This document shows positions 1-9,803 of a DNA stretch of 41,003 nucleotides, piece after piece. A model generated the notes under the pieces. That model was given only the letters and a program-made list of their open reading frames with translations, was not told the origin of the DNA and ran no database searches. Origin of the DNA: a virus (Duplodnaviria > Caudoviricetes). A program made the translations under genes and the position numbers. The stretch's first letter is position 1. Each line of letters opens with the position of its first letter. The stretch is taken from IMG/VR virus record IMGVR_UViG_3300046786_000067, positions 1 through 41,003 of that record. One strand, given 5' to 3'.

Positions 1-23
1 GCTATGGGATCTATTGGGATCAT
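1..23 (-). CDS. 5' end of a late gene (MIPIDPI...), truncated by window edge
   Basis: ATG at 23 overlaps the TGA of the upstream ORF (ATGA coupling); frame open to the edge. Confidence 0.5.
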
Positions 24-112
24 GACCACATCCAAATAATTGTTGCCGTCCCCCACACAATGAAGGTGACTATACAGGCTGCAATTATAAGAATGTCAGC
101 CCAATCGCGCAT
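20..112 (-). CDS. 30-aa membrane peptide MRDWADILIIAACIVTFIVWGTATIIWMWS
   Basis: Translated by hand; one hydrophobic helix; abuts neighbours on both sides. Confidence 0.6.
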   Translation of the reverse strand: MRDWADILIIAACIVTFIVWGTATIIWMWS

Positions 113-113
113 G

Positions 114-665
114 TTATAACTTTCCAAAGTCTTCTAAAGACATCTTGTAACCAAACATCCACATAATTCTGGATGTAGCCCCCTCTACGGGCGTGACGTA
201 ATGTTCAATGGCCGACGGCAAATAGCAGTGCAAATCACCTACGCCAATGTCAATCTTTTTGCCACCAATGTACAAGTCACCGCCAGCATCAGAATCTCTT
301 GTCATTATGTTGCAACGCAACACGTGAAGATCAGATCCCTCCATTGGGTCTCTGTGTGGGTAGACATCACCTCCGGGAAAAGTGCAACTGACCACCACGC
401 CATCTTTGCCTGCCCCTGCAGTACTCTTGGGCGTGTTTTGCAATCCAAGTTTGGCTGATATTTGAGCAAATACTTCGTATACAGCAGGTGGGTATTCAAA
501 CCGATCCGCATAATTGCGAGTAGTTACACGTTTGTCGTACTCCCAACCCAAGCCACGACTAATGCCTTTATCTAACCATTTATTTTTTACACCCTCATCC
601 ACCCAAGCGTTTAGAGCTGCGCAAGTTTCCGCAGAAATAAAATTGGGGGCAAGTAAAATTTTCAT
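114..665 (-). CDS. 2OG-Fe(II) oxygenase superfamily protein
   Basis: HxD (HRD), GGDLY, distal His (EHYVTPV) and Arg (SRI) in the typical order. Confidence 0.8.
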   Translation of the reverse strand: MKILLAPNFISAETCAALNAWVDEGVKNKWLDKGISRGLGWEYDKRVTTRNYADRFEYPPAVYEVFAQISAKLGLQNTPKSTAGAGKDGVVVSCTFPGGDVYPHRDPMEGSDLHVLRCNIMTRDSDAGGDLYIGGKKIDIGVGDLHCYLPSAIEHYVTPVEGATSRIMWMFGYKMSLEDFGKL

Positions 666-1027
666 GGGGGCGTTGCCATCCGGTACTTATCCATCAGCTC
701 AAATGCTTGCTCTGTCGTAATATCTTCAGGAGCAATGTCATCAACATCATCGCCGTCTCGAATTGCTTGTACGCAGCACATAACGGTGTCAGGCTCAAGC
801 GCAGTAAATTTATGTTGAACACCACGTTTAGTCACAAACAATTTAGGCGCAACATGGATTTCTTCACCTAAGTCAGTCTCCATGCGTAATGAGCCACGAG
901 CCAATAGCGTGATGTGGTCAAATGTGTGCTTGTGCCCACCACCGGGGTTCTCATCGCCAACCTCAGCGTAATGAAACATCTTGATAAACAAGTTGTTCAA
1001 GATGGTGAGTTTTGTAGTTGCGGACAT
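662..1027 (-). CDS. Cupin-fold protein (paralogue 2)
   Basis: HKHTFDHITLLARG...GVQHKFTALE cupin-like His motifs. Confidence 0.75.
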   Translation of the reverse strand: MSATTKLTILNNLFIKMFHYAEVGDENPGGGHKHTFDHITLLARGSLRMETDLGEEIHVAPKLFVTKRGVQHKFTALEPDTVMCCVQAIRDGDDVDDIAPEDITTEQAFELMDKYRMATPP

Positions 1028-1380
1028 TACTTCACCAATGGGAACTGCTCCATCAAGAGCTTTGCCTGTTCTTCTGTAATATCAGGAGGTGCAATATCGT
1101 CTTCAGTGTCGCCATCACGAATCGCATGAACGCAACACAGGATGCACCCCTTATCTAACGCCTCAAACTCATGCACTACACCCTTTGGTGTCACAATAAG
1201 TTTAGGGGCGAGATGCTCTTTTTCTGAGCCGTTGGCTTTCATCAGCACCCGCCCTTTAGCAAGCAGGGTGATGTGGTCAAACGTGTGCGCATGACCCTGT
1301 ATTTTGTCGCCAAGTTCTGTTAAGTGAAACATCTTGACAAAAACATTGTCAACAATTTTGAATTCATTAGCCACGCTCAT
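1027..1380 (-). CDS. Cupin-fold protein (paralogue 1)
   Basis: HAHTFDHITLLAKG...GVVHEFEAL; clearly similar to 662..1027. Confidence 0.75.
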   Translation of the reverse strand: MSVANEFKIVDNVFVKMFHLTELGDKIQGHAHTFDHITLLAKGRVLMKANGSEKEHLAPKLIVTPKGVVHEFEALDKGCILCCVHAIRDGDTEDDIAPPDITEEQAKLLMEQFPLVK

Positions 1381-1685
1381 ATACGCTCCACAGGAATATC
1401 AAAACCATTTGGGCTAAATTGCTTGAGCATTTTTTCCTCATCGGTTAACTCACGAACAACCCATTGCATTTTCCATGTACCATTTTCTTCAACAGGCGCT
1501 ATTTCATCCACAATATGCGTGTCACTGTTGTACTCAGGCGGATCAACCCATTCAACTCGGGCATAAATATCAGGACACGGAAATGTGTCGCCCGTCAAAT
1601 GTTCTGGTATTCCTGAGATTTGCAGTCTCACATCACCCTCATATAGAGGATACTGTTTAGTTGAGAGCCTAATGAATGCTGTCAT
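1377..1685 (-). CDS. Tail-fibre-associated small protein (possible assembly chaperone)
   Basis: Coupled downstream of the adhesin; P.YN...E.AP....G.W...W.V.ELT pattern common next to fibre genes. Confidence 0.55.
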   Translation of the reverse strand: MTAFIRLSTKQYPLYEGDVRLQISGIPEHLTGDTFPCPDIYARVEWVDPPEYNSDTHIVDEIAPVEENGTWKMQWVVRELTDEEKMLKQFSPNGFDIPVERI

Positions 1686-3163
1686 AGTGTGGTTGAGTAA
1701 AGCGTTGTTGTTTTGGAATTAGATGTTGAACTGCTTGTAGTGGCAGAGACGCTAGAACTACCTAAGCCGGGATTGTAAGGTGATGTGCTTGAGGCGGGAG
1801 TGCTTGCAGTTCCACCAAACGTAGCAAATGTTAATGTGGCAGTATGACTGCTAGCTAATGTAAGTGTGGTAGTGCCTGAAGACTTTGAACCGTCAGTTGG
1901 GTATTCAACAAAGAAAGCGTATGCCGTGCTATCGTTATCATAGCCACCACCCCACCCTAAAAGCAGTTTGTCACTGTATAAAGATAATGAAGTTGTTTGC
2001 CCCGGATAGAAAGTGGTGCTGCCTGTTAATGTAATTTTTCTTGCCCATTGCAATACACCACTTGAGTTGTATTTTGCAATTACCACTACAGAACTTTGGG
2101 TAGCCACATAAATATTACCAGCAGAATCTGTGACTGCATATTTCCATGCGGCAGGTACACCTGCGGAAAGGGCTAAAATTCTAACCCATTGAAATGTTAA
2201 TGAGGAATCAAACTTAGCAAGTGTCCCGTACCCACTTGAATTTCCATACCCCCAAATATAGTGCGCACTATTTACACTATCGTACAGTCCACCACTAACA
2301 TAAAATTCTGAAGATACGTTGGTTGGAAATACGCCGTTTGAAGATACATATGCTGGTGGTGTTGCTAAGGTTCTCTTTGTAATACCACCATAATAATTTG
2401 AGCCGTTGTTTCTAGCGCTTCCATAGGTATACAAATAACCGCCTACTTCAGCACAGGCTACGTATATTTTTCTTGCTGGAGTGTTAATGTCATCAAATAC
2501 AAACCATACAGGAACGCCATCAGCCCCAACTTTAACAAGGGTTGTGTAGTATGTGGTGGTTTTGCCGATAACCGCATATCCGGTTGTAGAAACATACACA
2601 TCGCCCGAACCATTTACAAACAATCCTGTAGGTTCATACGAATTAAAAGTGGTAATGCTTCCGCCCACATTCCTATAACCACCTTGAGGCCAATTGGTTT
2701 GCCCCGTAGAGGTGGACAATCTATTTAATACAGGGCCCGGGCCACTACCACTTTGTGCAGTGTAGTAAATTGAACTTCCAGACACCAAAATTTGTCTGAC
2801 ACCATTGTTATTTAAACCAATTTCTTGAGAATAAGAAAGTGTGTAGCTACTGCTGATCTTACTTACAGTCAGATAACTAGTCCCACGCCCTGTGCCGCCA
2901 GCGTATATGTTTCCTGACATATCAAATGTCCCAACACCTGAGGATGCGTTGAAGTTACTTAAGCCGCTAAACCTGTAACTGACGTTACTCTTGCCGTAAA
3001 AATTGCTCAGACTAATCTGACCCGAAGCTACACCTGCCAACGTGCGAAACGATGTGCTGTCGATTGATGCAAGTGCAGTTGCAGATACACCCAACTCAAG
3101 GTTGATCGACTGACCAACCGTAGAGCCACCAAAACTGATTGGACCGGAAGAATTCAGTGCCAT
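1682..3163 (-). CDS. Distal receptor-binding/adhesin protein
   Basis: N-terminal MALNSSGPIS...QISLSNFYGKS cap; Ser/Gly/Tyr-rich beta repeats (AKFDSSLTFQW, AKYNSSGVLQW); AT-richer than flanks. Confidence 0.6.
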   Translation of the reverse strand: MALNSSGPISFGGSTVGQSINLELGVSATALASIDSTSFRTLAGVASGQISLSNFYGKSNVSYRFSGLSNFNASSGVGTFDMSGNIYAGGTGRGTSYLTVSKISSSYTLSYSQEIGLNNNGVRQILVSGSSIYYTAQSGSGPGPVLNRLSTSTGQTNWPQGGYRNVGGSITTFNSYEPTGLFVNGSGDVYVSTTGYAVIGKTTTYYTTLVKVGADGVPVWFVFDDINTPARKIYVACAEVGGYLYTYGSARNNGSNYYGGITKRTLATPPAYVSSNGVFPTNVSSEFYVSGGLYDSVNSAHYIWGYGNSSGYGTLAKFDSSLTFQWVRILALSAGVPAAWKYAVTDSAGNIYVATQSSVVVIAKYNSSGVLQWARKITLTGSTTFYPGQTTSLSLYSDKLLLGWGGGYDNDSTAYAFFVEYPTDGSKSSGTTTLTLASSHTATLTFATFGGTASTPASSTSPYNPGLGSSSVSATTSSSTSNSKTTTLYSTTL

Positions 3164-3172
3164 GTGTAATCC

Positions 3173-4045
3173 TTAGATTGAACCGTATGCGGTCATGTTG
3201 GCAAGCGTTGTCAAGTTACCGCTGCTATCCATGGTTGCAATGGTAGTCGATCCGTATTTAAAAACCAATATTCCACCTGATTCAGAGATGCTGAAGTTAG
3301 TTGTTGTCAGGCTGGTAACGCTACCGCCTAACGTAATGTTGCCAGAACTTGTGACTGTGCCAGACAAAGACAAACCATTGGCTGAACCTGTACCAGATAC
3401 CGAAGTAACTGTGCCCGTGCCGGGGGATGCTGCAGCGATAGTTTGATTAGGCCAAGTGCCTGTGATCGTAATGTTGGAGCCTTGCACTAATCCGGGGGTT
3501 GTTGTCCCAGTACCGCCATTAGCCACAGGTAAAGTGCCTGTGACGTTAGTAGCCAAGTTCACAAAAGTTGTAGAGGTTGTACCTGTACCTCCAGATGTCA
3601 CCGCTAGAGGCGATGCTAATGTTAAAGAAGTCAGATGCGTAATTGCCGCGCCAACATCAGTACCATTGTTATAAACCAAGCAAGCTTTACCATTAGGGAC
3701 AGCCACACCTGTCTGGCCGCTTACCTTCACTGTAACAGCATAGCCACCTACCGAGTTATTTAATACTAAGTATGGTTTCTCAATAGCTGGCACGTTTACT
3801 GTACCTGCGGCGGTTAGCGTAGCCGTAATATTTAAACAAAACGCACGGAAATCTTGCGCACTAGGAGTATTTGAAGCGGACAGAGTTGCAACGTTGGTAG
3901 AAAAATCACCGGATTCAAGCGTGGCCATACCTACGATGGCTTGCTCAATAGCAGTACCAATATTTGTGTTGGTGATACCACCCCATGCGCCATCACTGCC
4001 GCCAACGTCGATGATTTCAAATTTGAGGTTGGAATATGATGACAT
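3173..4045 (-). CDS. Tail fibre-like structural protein
   Basis: LAVTSGGTG / LPVANGGTG fibre repeats; Thr/Gly/Ser-rich. Confidence 0.7.
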   Translation of the reverse strand: MSSYSNLKFEIIDVGGSDGAWGGITNTNIGTAIEQAIVGMATLESGDFSTNVATLSASNTPSAQDFRAFCLNITATLTAAGTVNVPAIEKPYLVLNNSVGGYAVTVKVSGQTGVAVPNGKACLVYNNGTDVGAAITHLTSLTLASPLAVTSGGTGTTSTTFVNLATNVTGTLPVANGGTGTTTPGLVQGSNITITGTWPNQTIAAASPGTGTVTSVSGTGSANGLSLSGTVTSSGNITLGGSVTSLTTTNFSISESGGILVFKYGSTTIATMDSSGNLTTLANMTAYGSI

Positions 4046-4047
4046 GT

Positions 4048-6975
4048 TTATCCTTTCGCTTCAAGAGCTTCTACTCGTTTTGTCAGTTCAACAAGCGCAG
4101 CAAAAGCCAACGCGCTAAGTTTTTCATAGTCTACAGCTAGTGATCCGTCTTCGCGCGTGCGCACGGCGATTGGGAATACCTTTTGCACGTCTTGGGCAAT
4201 TACGCCAAAGTCGGCTTTCTGTACAAAATAGCCATCAGCACCCCCCTTGGATTCGATGTATGTATCAGTCCAATCAAACAACTTACCGCCAATGGCATTT
4301 ACTGTGGCCAAGGCTGCGGGGATGTCACGCACATTTTCTTTAAACTTGATGTCAGAAGAGTAGTACGCAGTAATGTTGTTTGTTGCGCGAATTTCACCGG
4401 ATGTACCAGAGGCTGCAGTGCCAACACCAAATGAGCCAAACTGAACACTTGACGTTGTGGTGATTGCTTGCGGAATACTAATTGTCACTGCGCCTGTAGC
4501 GCCAGACACTGTAATACCTGTGCCCGCCACGTTAGAAGTTACACCGGTATTGGTAATAGTTACCGCGCCAGTTGCGCCTGATACAGAAATACCTGAACCG
4601 GCTACGTTAGATGTAACACCGGTATTAGCAATAGTCACTGCCGCAGAACCGTTGTAACTTGTGCCGGATAAGCCCGTGCCAATAGTCAAAGCGTTTGACA
4701 AAGAACTTGCGGTAGTAGCATTACCGCTTAAAGACGCTGTAATCGTACCCGCGCTAAAGTTACCAGAAGCATCGCGAGCTACAACTTTAGAGGCTGTATT
4801 TGCTGATGTGGCATCTACGGCAATTGTGCCGCTGGTTGTAATTGTTCCACCGGTAAGGTATGTACCAGCCGTAATAGACGTTACCGTACCAGAAGCTACT
4901 GCACCCCATGCAAATGCAGAACCATTCCAATACAAGTATGTGCTGGTTACTGTAGGCGCAGTAGCAAATGATGTAGCGCCAGAACCTGTTTGATATACAA
5001 GTTGATTAGCCGCTCCACCCGCCACGTTTGTGGCCGTTGTTGCACTGGTGGCCGATCCACTCAATGTGGCTGTAATCGTGCCGGCAGAGAAATTACCGGA
5101 AGCGTCACGAGCAACTACTTTGGAAGCGGTGTTGGCCGAAGTTGCATCAACGGTTGCTGTTACAGCAGCAGAGCCGTTAAAACTTGTGCCCGTTAGGTAT
5201 GTCCCCAACGTCAGCGCATTCGCCACAGACCCAGCCGATCCAGAGATATTGCCCGATACATCAGAGCCAGAAATTGTCCCCCAAGCTGGGGCATCCGAGG
5301 CAGAGCCTGTGCCAGTCTGAGTCAGAAACTTCTTGGTCGTTGTGGTGTTACCCGCCAACTTAGCCAAAGTGTTGGCCGCGCTGGAATACAGCGTGTCACC
5401 AAGGGTGTACGTGGTGATGTTCGTGCCGCCGTTGGCCGTAGGCAGGGCTCCTGAAACTGCGCCAGATTGGTTTAAGGCAACAGCATTCCACTCAGGCAAA
5501 GTGCCCGCACCGTTGACCACCAATGACCGGTATGGAGAGCCGATTGTCAACTTGCTCCATGTGTTTGTACCAGAGCCATACAAAACATCGCCTGTAGCTA
5601 CAGTATTAACTCCCGTGCCGCCATTAGTAGGGGCAACCGTGCCAGTCAAAGAAATGACTGTGCCGGTAATATCAATATTTGTACCCCCAGTGTAGACCTG
5701 CGCAGAAGAGAACAAGTCAAATGGAAGAGCTGTTGTACCTACAGTAATTGCTGCGGTTTGAGCCAGAACCCAACTAGAGCCAGCGTTAGTTGTACCGGCG
5801 GTGATATAGAAATATGCGTTGTTGGCGATCTCACCGGCACCGGCAGTATCAAAGTCAGTGGCACGGGTCAAAACCCAAGGGGTAATAACAGAGCCTAAAT
5901 CAGTAATTGTGTAAGCGCCGTTTTCATACGAGTTTGTCTGGTTTTTAATCAGCACTCGTTGGCCTGTAGACCATCCAGTAACGCCATCAAGCGTGGTAAA
6001 AATGCGGTTAGTGTCCGCAGTTAGCGTGGCCCCAACACCTGACGAACCGTTTGAATAGTTGGTATTAAGGTTAGCTGTAGTGGCCGCCCTACAAGCTGTG
6101 TGCACAACAAACGCAGTTGAAGTGGCCGTATCTACATAAGTGCGTGTAACAAATTCTGTACTGCCGGGGCTTGTCATTGAAGACGTTGTTGTTACCGGCG
6201 ATGTAAATGAACCGCCAACCCCAGTCAAAGCACCACCAAGAGTCAAGCCATCTTTGGTTGTGACCAGCTTTGATGTTTTATCAATCCGAACCGCCCAGTC
6301 GGTTGTGGCCACACCCCCAGCAAACAAGAGCACATCGTCTGTGGCGCTACCAATGATTAACTCGCCGCCATCGTTGTATACATAACCTGAACCGGGCGTA
6401 AAGATTGGGTAAACAGCATCCGAGTAGTTGGAGCTATTGATACCCATATCAATGAAGTTGTTTGTGCCATCACCAAGGTCGTTGTATGCAACAATGTCCG
6501 TAGAGGCGGAAGAACCTCCGTTTAAGTTTTGTGCGTACAGCTGTGCAAAGCTGTTTATGTTTCCATACAACTCGCCCAATGCGGCGGAGAATGTGGTGTA
6601 GCTTGTAACGCCTGTACCGATCACGGTAATAGGGCCGCCGTCAATCAGAACGTTGCCGGTCGTTTCTTCGTAGATGGCCTTCTCGGACGGATACGTACAG
6701 AACACATCCTTGGGGTTGGATGTAAAGCTGACCAGCGCACCAGCGTTGGAAGAAGAAAGTGGCGTTGCGTTACGGGTCAGAGTGCCTGAGCTGTACGTGC
6801 CATAGTTAACTTCCCATGCGCCTGTAGCGTTATCTACGATTGCAAAATAAGTAACGTTGCCATTGCCAATAGCCGAGAATGCTTGAAATCCTGTAACTGC
6901 TCCGGCCAGTGTAATTGTTCCTGTGCCCGCCGTTACTGAGGTTTCTTTGACCCGATCTTTTAAAACAATAGCCAT
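4048..6975 (-). CDS. Long tail fibre with C-terminal intramolecular chaperone (peptidase S74-like)
   Basis: NGGT repeats, internal duplications, C-terminal SSDIKFKENV...GVIAQDVQKVFP...VDYEKL plus coiled coil. Confidence 0.85.
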   Translation of the reverse strand: MAIVLKDRVKETSVTAGTGTITLAGAVTGFQAFSAIGNGNVTYFAIVDNATGAWEVNYGTYSSGTLTRNATPLSSSNAGALVSFTSNPKDVFCTYPSEKAIYEETTGNVLIDGGPITVIGTGVTSYTTFSAALGELYGNINSFAQLYAQNLNGGSSASTDIVAYNDLGDGTNNFIDMGINSSNYSDAVYPIFTPGSGYVYNDGGELIIGSATDDVLLFAGGVATTDWAVRIDKTSKLVTTKDGLTLGGALTGVGGSFTSPVTTTSSMTSPGSTEFVTRTYVDTATSTAFVVHTACRAATTANLNTNYSNGSSGVGATLTADTNRIFTTLDGVTGWSTGQRVLIKNQTNSYENGAYTITDLGSVITPWVLTRATDFDTAGAGEIANNAYFYITAGTTNAGSSWVLAQTAAITVGTTALPFDLFSSAQVYTGGTNIDITGTVISLTGTVAPTNGGTGVNTVATGDVLYGSGTNTWSKLTIGSPYRSLVVNGAGTLPEWNAVALNQSGAVSGALPTANGGTNITTYTLGDTLYSSAANTLAKLAGNTTTTKKFLTQTGTGSASDAPAWGTISGSDVSGNISGSAGSVANALTLGTYLTGTSFNGSAAVTATVDATSANTASKVVARDASGNFSAGTITATLSGSATSATTATNVAGGAANQLVYQTGSGATSFATAPTVTSTYLYWNGSAFAWGAVASGTVTSITAGTYLTGGTITTSGTIAVDATSANTASKVVARDASGNFSAGTITASLSGNATTASSLSNALTIGTGLSGTSYNGSAAVTIANTGVTSNVAGSGISVSGATGAVTITNTGVTSNVAGTGITVSGATGAVTISIPQAITTTSSVQFGSFGVGTAASGTSGEIRATNNITAYYSSDIKFKENVRDIPAALATVNAIGGKLFDWTDTYIESKGGADGYFVQKADFGVIAQDVQKVFPIAVRTREDGSLAVDYEKLSALAFAALVELTKRVEALEAKG

Positions 6976-6984
6976 ATTCTGTCC

Positions 6985-7701
6985 TTACGATGGGATGTTA
7001 GTCCAACCGGGGTTTTGTTCATCGTCGATATTTGTCCAGCCACTGCTTTGGACATTGGTGATATTTTGCCAGTTTGCGCTCTGGCTGTCATCAATTACCG
7101 CCCAAATAACAGCACTGCCAATATTTACATAAAGCTGAATGCCCGTGACTCGTGCGTTGATCTCTTTAACTGGGATAAGAGAGTCCGCGCCAACAGCGCC
7201 TTCCGCCATTGTTGCGCCAAAAATGGTCTTAACTAAATACTCGTCTGTGCCAGCAGCGCTTTCATTTATGCTTGCACTGAGCAGTTTACCCGATGTGAAC
7301 TGCTCAAAGACAAGACCAGTTTCTTGGATAAACGCAACAAAATCAGTCTGAGAAACGTAAACATCTGCGCCCGTAGCTGCTTCAACAATAGCGCCAAGGA
7401 ATGTAGCTGCCGCGCTAATTGAATCAGAAGCTGTCGCAGACTCTGAACGGGTAACGTTAAACGTGTTATTTGCGGTATTAAATGTGTCTGTTACCGTAGC
7501 AGATTCTTCTGCACGAGCCAGCAGGTTAGCAATAGCCGTTTGAACAGCTGTGGCAGTAGCAGCCTCTAATGCCGACCCACCATAAATGACTTCAATTGAT
7601 TGCGTGTTATTGGCAGTTGCCGCTTCAGAAATAGCAACACCGTACGTAGCCCCGCCTAGAGAGGCGAAGGGAGACTGCGCAAATGTTACATCTCCGAACA
7701 C
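6985..7701 (-). CDS. Virion structural protein with E-x-A-x-A-x-D repeats
   Basis: MFG..FAQSPFASLG start; periodic Ala/Thr/Glu repeats; tail module. Confidence 0.6.
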   Translation of the reverse strand: MFGDVTFAQSPFASLGGATYGVAISEAATANNTQSIEVIYGGSALEAATATAVQTAIANLLARAEESATVTDTFNTANNTFNVTRSESATASDSISAAATFLGAIVEAATGADVYVSQTDFVAFIQETGLVFEQFTSGKLLSASINESAAGTDEYLVKTIFGATMAEGAVGADSLIPVKEINARVTGIQLYVNIGSAVIWAVIDDSQSANWQNITNVQSSGWTNIDDEQNPGWTNIPS

Positions 7702-7712
7702 CGCTTTACCTA

Positions 7713-8282
7713 TTAGGCAGCGTCAAGAGAGAACTGATATGTAACGTTCAATGTGTCACCGCTGGCTACAGATTTATCACCACCTGTAAAGTCGCCTGCG
7801 GAAAACAGAATACCGGAGTTATCAGTTGTCGTGGCCAAGAAAGCGCCAGCAATCGTAGCTGTGCCAGTGATGGCAAAAGCAGAAGGCGATGCTGAGTTAC
7901 TAATAACAGAAGGATCAGCTGTTGTAGCTGTACCAAATGTCACAGTCTTGCGGCTACCTGTGTAGTCGGTGTTTTCTGTCCAACCTGCGTGAGAAGACAA
8001 TGTGTCACCAGCAGCGTACGTTGTGCCAGAACCGGGGCCAGTCACCAAACCCAAGTACCAAGTAGCTGTGTAGCCAGAACCCTTAAAATAAGTCTGGTTC
8101 ATGGACTGCAAGCCTTGATTTACCACTAAGTTGTGGAACGTATCAGACCACTTCTCAACACCGTCTGGGCCTACGCAAGTAACGGTGTAAACACCGCCAG
8201 CAGAAGCTGAATCACCGCTCTTGGGGAATGTCAACAAACCGGCAGACACTTGGTCTTGGGCGTGGCTTTTTTCTGTACTCAT
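7713..8282 (-). CDS. Virion structural protein (tail module)
   Basis: Thr/Gly/Ser-rich beta protein; HNLVVNQG; collinear in operon. Confidence 0.6.
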   Translation of the reverse strand: MSTEKSHAQDQVSAGLLTFPKSGDSASAGGVYTVTCVGPDGVEKWSDTFHNLVVNQGLQSMNQTYFKGSGYTATWYLGLVTGPGSGTTYAAGDTLSSHAGWTENTDYTGSRKTVTFGTATTADPSVISNSASPSAFAITGTATIAGAFLATTTDNSGILFSAGDFTGGDKSVASGDTLNVTYQFSLDAA

Positions 8283-8291
8283 GATGCGTCC

Positions 8292-8741
8292 TTAAGAGAT
8301 ACGAACGATTGCGCTGTTGGCATCGGGCGTTGGGAAAATAATTGTGAAAGTGTCGCTGCTGACGGTCTTGTCCGAACCAAAGTCCAGCACAGCTACAGAT
8401 GGATTACCAGAAGCTGTGTCGTTATAAATCAGCGCACCACGGCAAGTAAACGAAGCAGTGGGCCAAGAAGTGTTGGCAAATGACACATACGCAGTTGGCA
8501 CATTACTAGCGTTGTTACCCGAGGTTGGGGATACGGAGATTGTCAGTGTGTTGCCGCCTGCCGTATACCCTGTTCCTACAACTTCGCCAGATGTTGTGTA
8601 AGCCGTAGTCGTTGGGCCGATGTTGGCGGCTGCCGTATACAACGCGATTTTGAATGTATCAGGCGATGTGGGGCCAAAGTTGTGGACTGCTTGCAGCAGC
8701 TCAACTTTAAAGCTGGTGGTCGCTGTTTGTGCAATCGACAT
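8292..8741 (-). CDS. Virion structural protein (tail module)
   Basis: SFKVELL...FKIALYT...GYTAGG...RGALIYN...VLDFGSDK, a recurrent phage structural family pattern. Confidence 0.65.
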   Translation of the reverse strand: MSIAQTATTSFKVELLQAVHNFGPTSPDTFKIALYTAAANIGPTTTAYTTSGEVVGTGYTAGGNTLTISVSPTSGNNASNVPTAYVSFANTSWPTASFTCRGALIYNDTASGNPSVAVLDFGSDKTVSSDTFTIIFPTPDANSAIVRIS

Positions 8742-8742
8742 A

Positions 8743-9408
8743 TTAAGTCACCTTCTGTCTGTATTGGCCAGAACGATATGCGTCCTGACGCTCCATGCCA
8801 TCGCCCAAACGTTTGGCAAGCATCAATGCTTCTTGATACTTTGTGTTGTAAACCTGCAGCATGTCTTGCTCACCCTTCATGTAGGTGTACGCCTCAACCA
8901 AAGAACCGTACAACAACACAGAGTCAAAATTGTCGCCTAACCACGAAGTCCCAGCAGTCACAATTGATTGTGGGTAGTAGTAATAGTGCAACTCTACGGG
9001 GTAGACAGCATCTGGCGTAGGGCCAAGAATAAACGACAACTCGTTAGCATCATTGGTCTGTGCACCAAACAAAGCGTAATACTTAGGCAAGCCAGTATCG
9101 TCTGCTTGGGGGTATGACTGCCGAATAAAGTTGACATCTTTGTTCAACAAGTACTCATACGTACCAGAAGCCAGTGTGCCGTCCACCACCGCCATAGAAT
9201 ACACCGCCAAAAAATCTGACGGGCATGCCAAATACTTGTTACTGGCCGTGGTAGCGCCTGTCACGTTCTTGCGAAGTGAAGGAAACTGAACGGTGTTGTA
9301 AATACGCTGCTCAGCTTGCTGAACGAACACGGGTATCTCAGCGATGAAGTTCGCTTCTGTATTCTCCGTATACGCCTGAATAGCAGCGCTGAGTTGCGTA
9401 TAGTTCAT
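8743..9408 (-). CDS. Head-tail adaptor / tail tubular-like protein
   Basis: MNY.QL..AIQ.Y...AEQRI...P.YY...LGPTPD...LLYGSLVEA pattern and position. Confidence 0.6.
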   Translation of the reverse strand: MNYTQLSAAIQAYTENTEANFIAEIPVFVQQAEQRIYNTVQFPSLRKNVTGATTASNKYLACPSDFLAVYSMAVVDGTLASGTYEYLLNKDVNFIRQSYPQADDTGLPKYYALFGAQTNDANELSFILGPTPDAVYPVELHYYYYPQSIVTAGTSWLGDNFDSVLLYGSLVEAYTYMKGEQDMLQVYNTKYQEALMLAKRLGDGMERQDAYRSGQYRQKVT

Positions 9409-9608
9409 GCCATTGGGCCTCGGGCCATCAAGCCTTTAGTTGCAGCACCTGTGCCACGAACTTTGATGCCTGAAGTTTTGACGCCGGGGTAGTCGTTGCT
9501 ATGGCTATTGGCCACAGAAACGTTGGCATCTTTCATGTACTTTTTGTTGTCGCTCAAACCAGCTTCCTTGATGGGAGAAGGCGTAGGTTGTTTGTATGTG
9601 GTTGCCAT
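9405..9608 (-). CDS. Small basic protein
   Basis: 67 aa, coupled; C-terminal VRGTGAATKG. Confidence 0.7.
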   Translation of the reverse strand: MATTYKQPTPSPIKEAGLSDNKKYMKDANVSVANSHSNDYPGVKTSGIKVRGTGAATKGLMARGPMA

Positions 9609-9610
9609 GA

Positions 9611-9802
9611 TTAGCCTCCGCGACCAACAGAACGCTGGTTCATAACTTTAGCCATGTTGCGGCCATACTTCAGCATGTCGCTATTAGTCTTGCCACCAGC
9701 TTTGAGCTTGGTCAAGGGTTGACCGGGATGCTTGGCTTTTTCATGTTTAGCCACTGCAGCCTTAATCATCTTCTTGTCTTGCGCTAAATCTTTCTTGTCC
9801 AT
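9611..9802 (-). CDS. Small basic protein
   Basis: 63 aa, Lys-rich; LKAGG motif. Confidence 0.7.
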   Translation of the reverse strand: MDKKDLAQDKKMIKAAVAKHEKAKHPGQPLTKLKAGGKTNSDMLKYGRNMAKVMNQRSVGRGG

Positions 9803-9803
9803 G

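Noticed and set aside
1682-6975. Diversity-generating retroelement acting on fibre genes
   Set aside because: No reverse transcriptase and no adenine-specific TR/VR pair seen; the repeats differ at synonymous sites.
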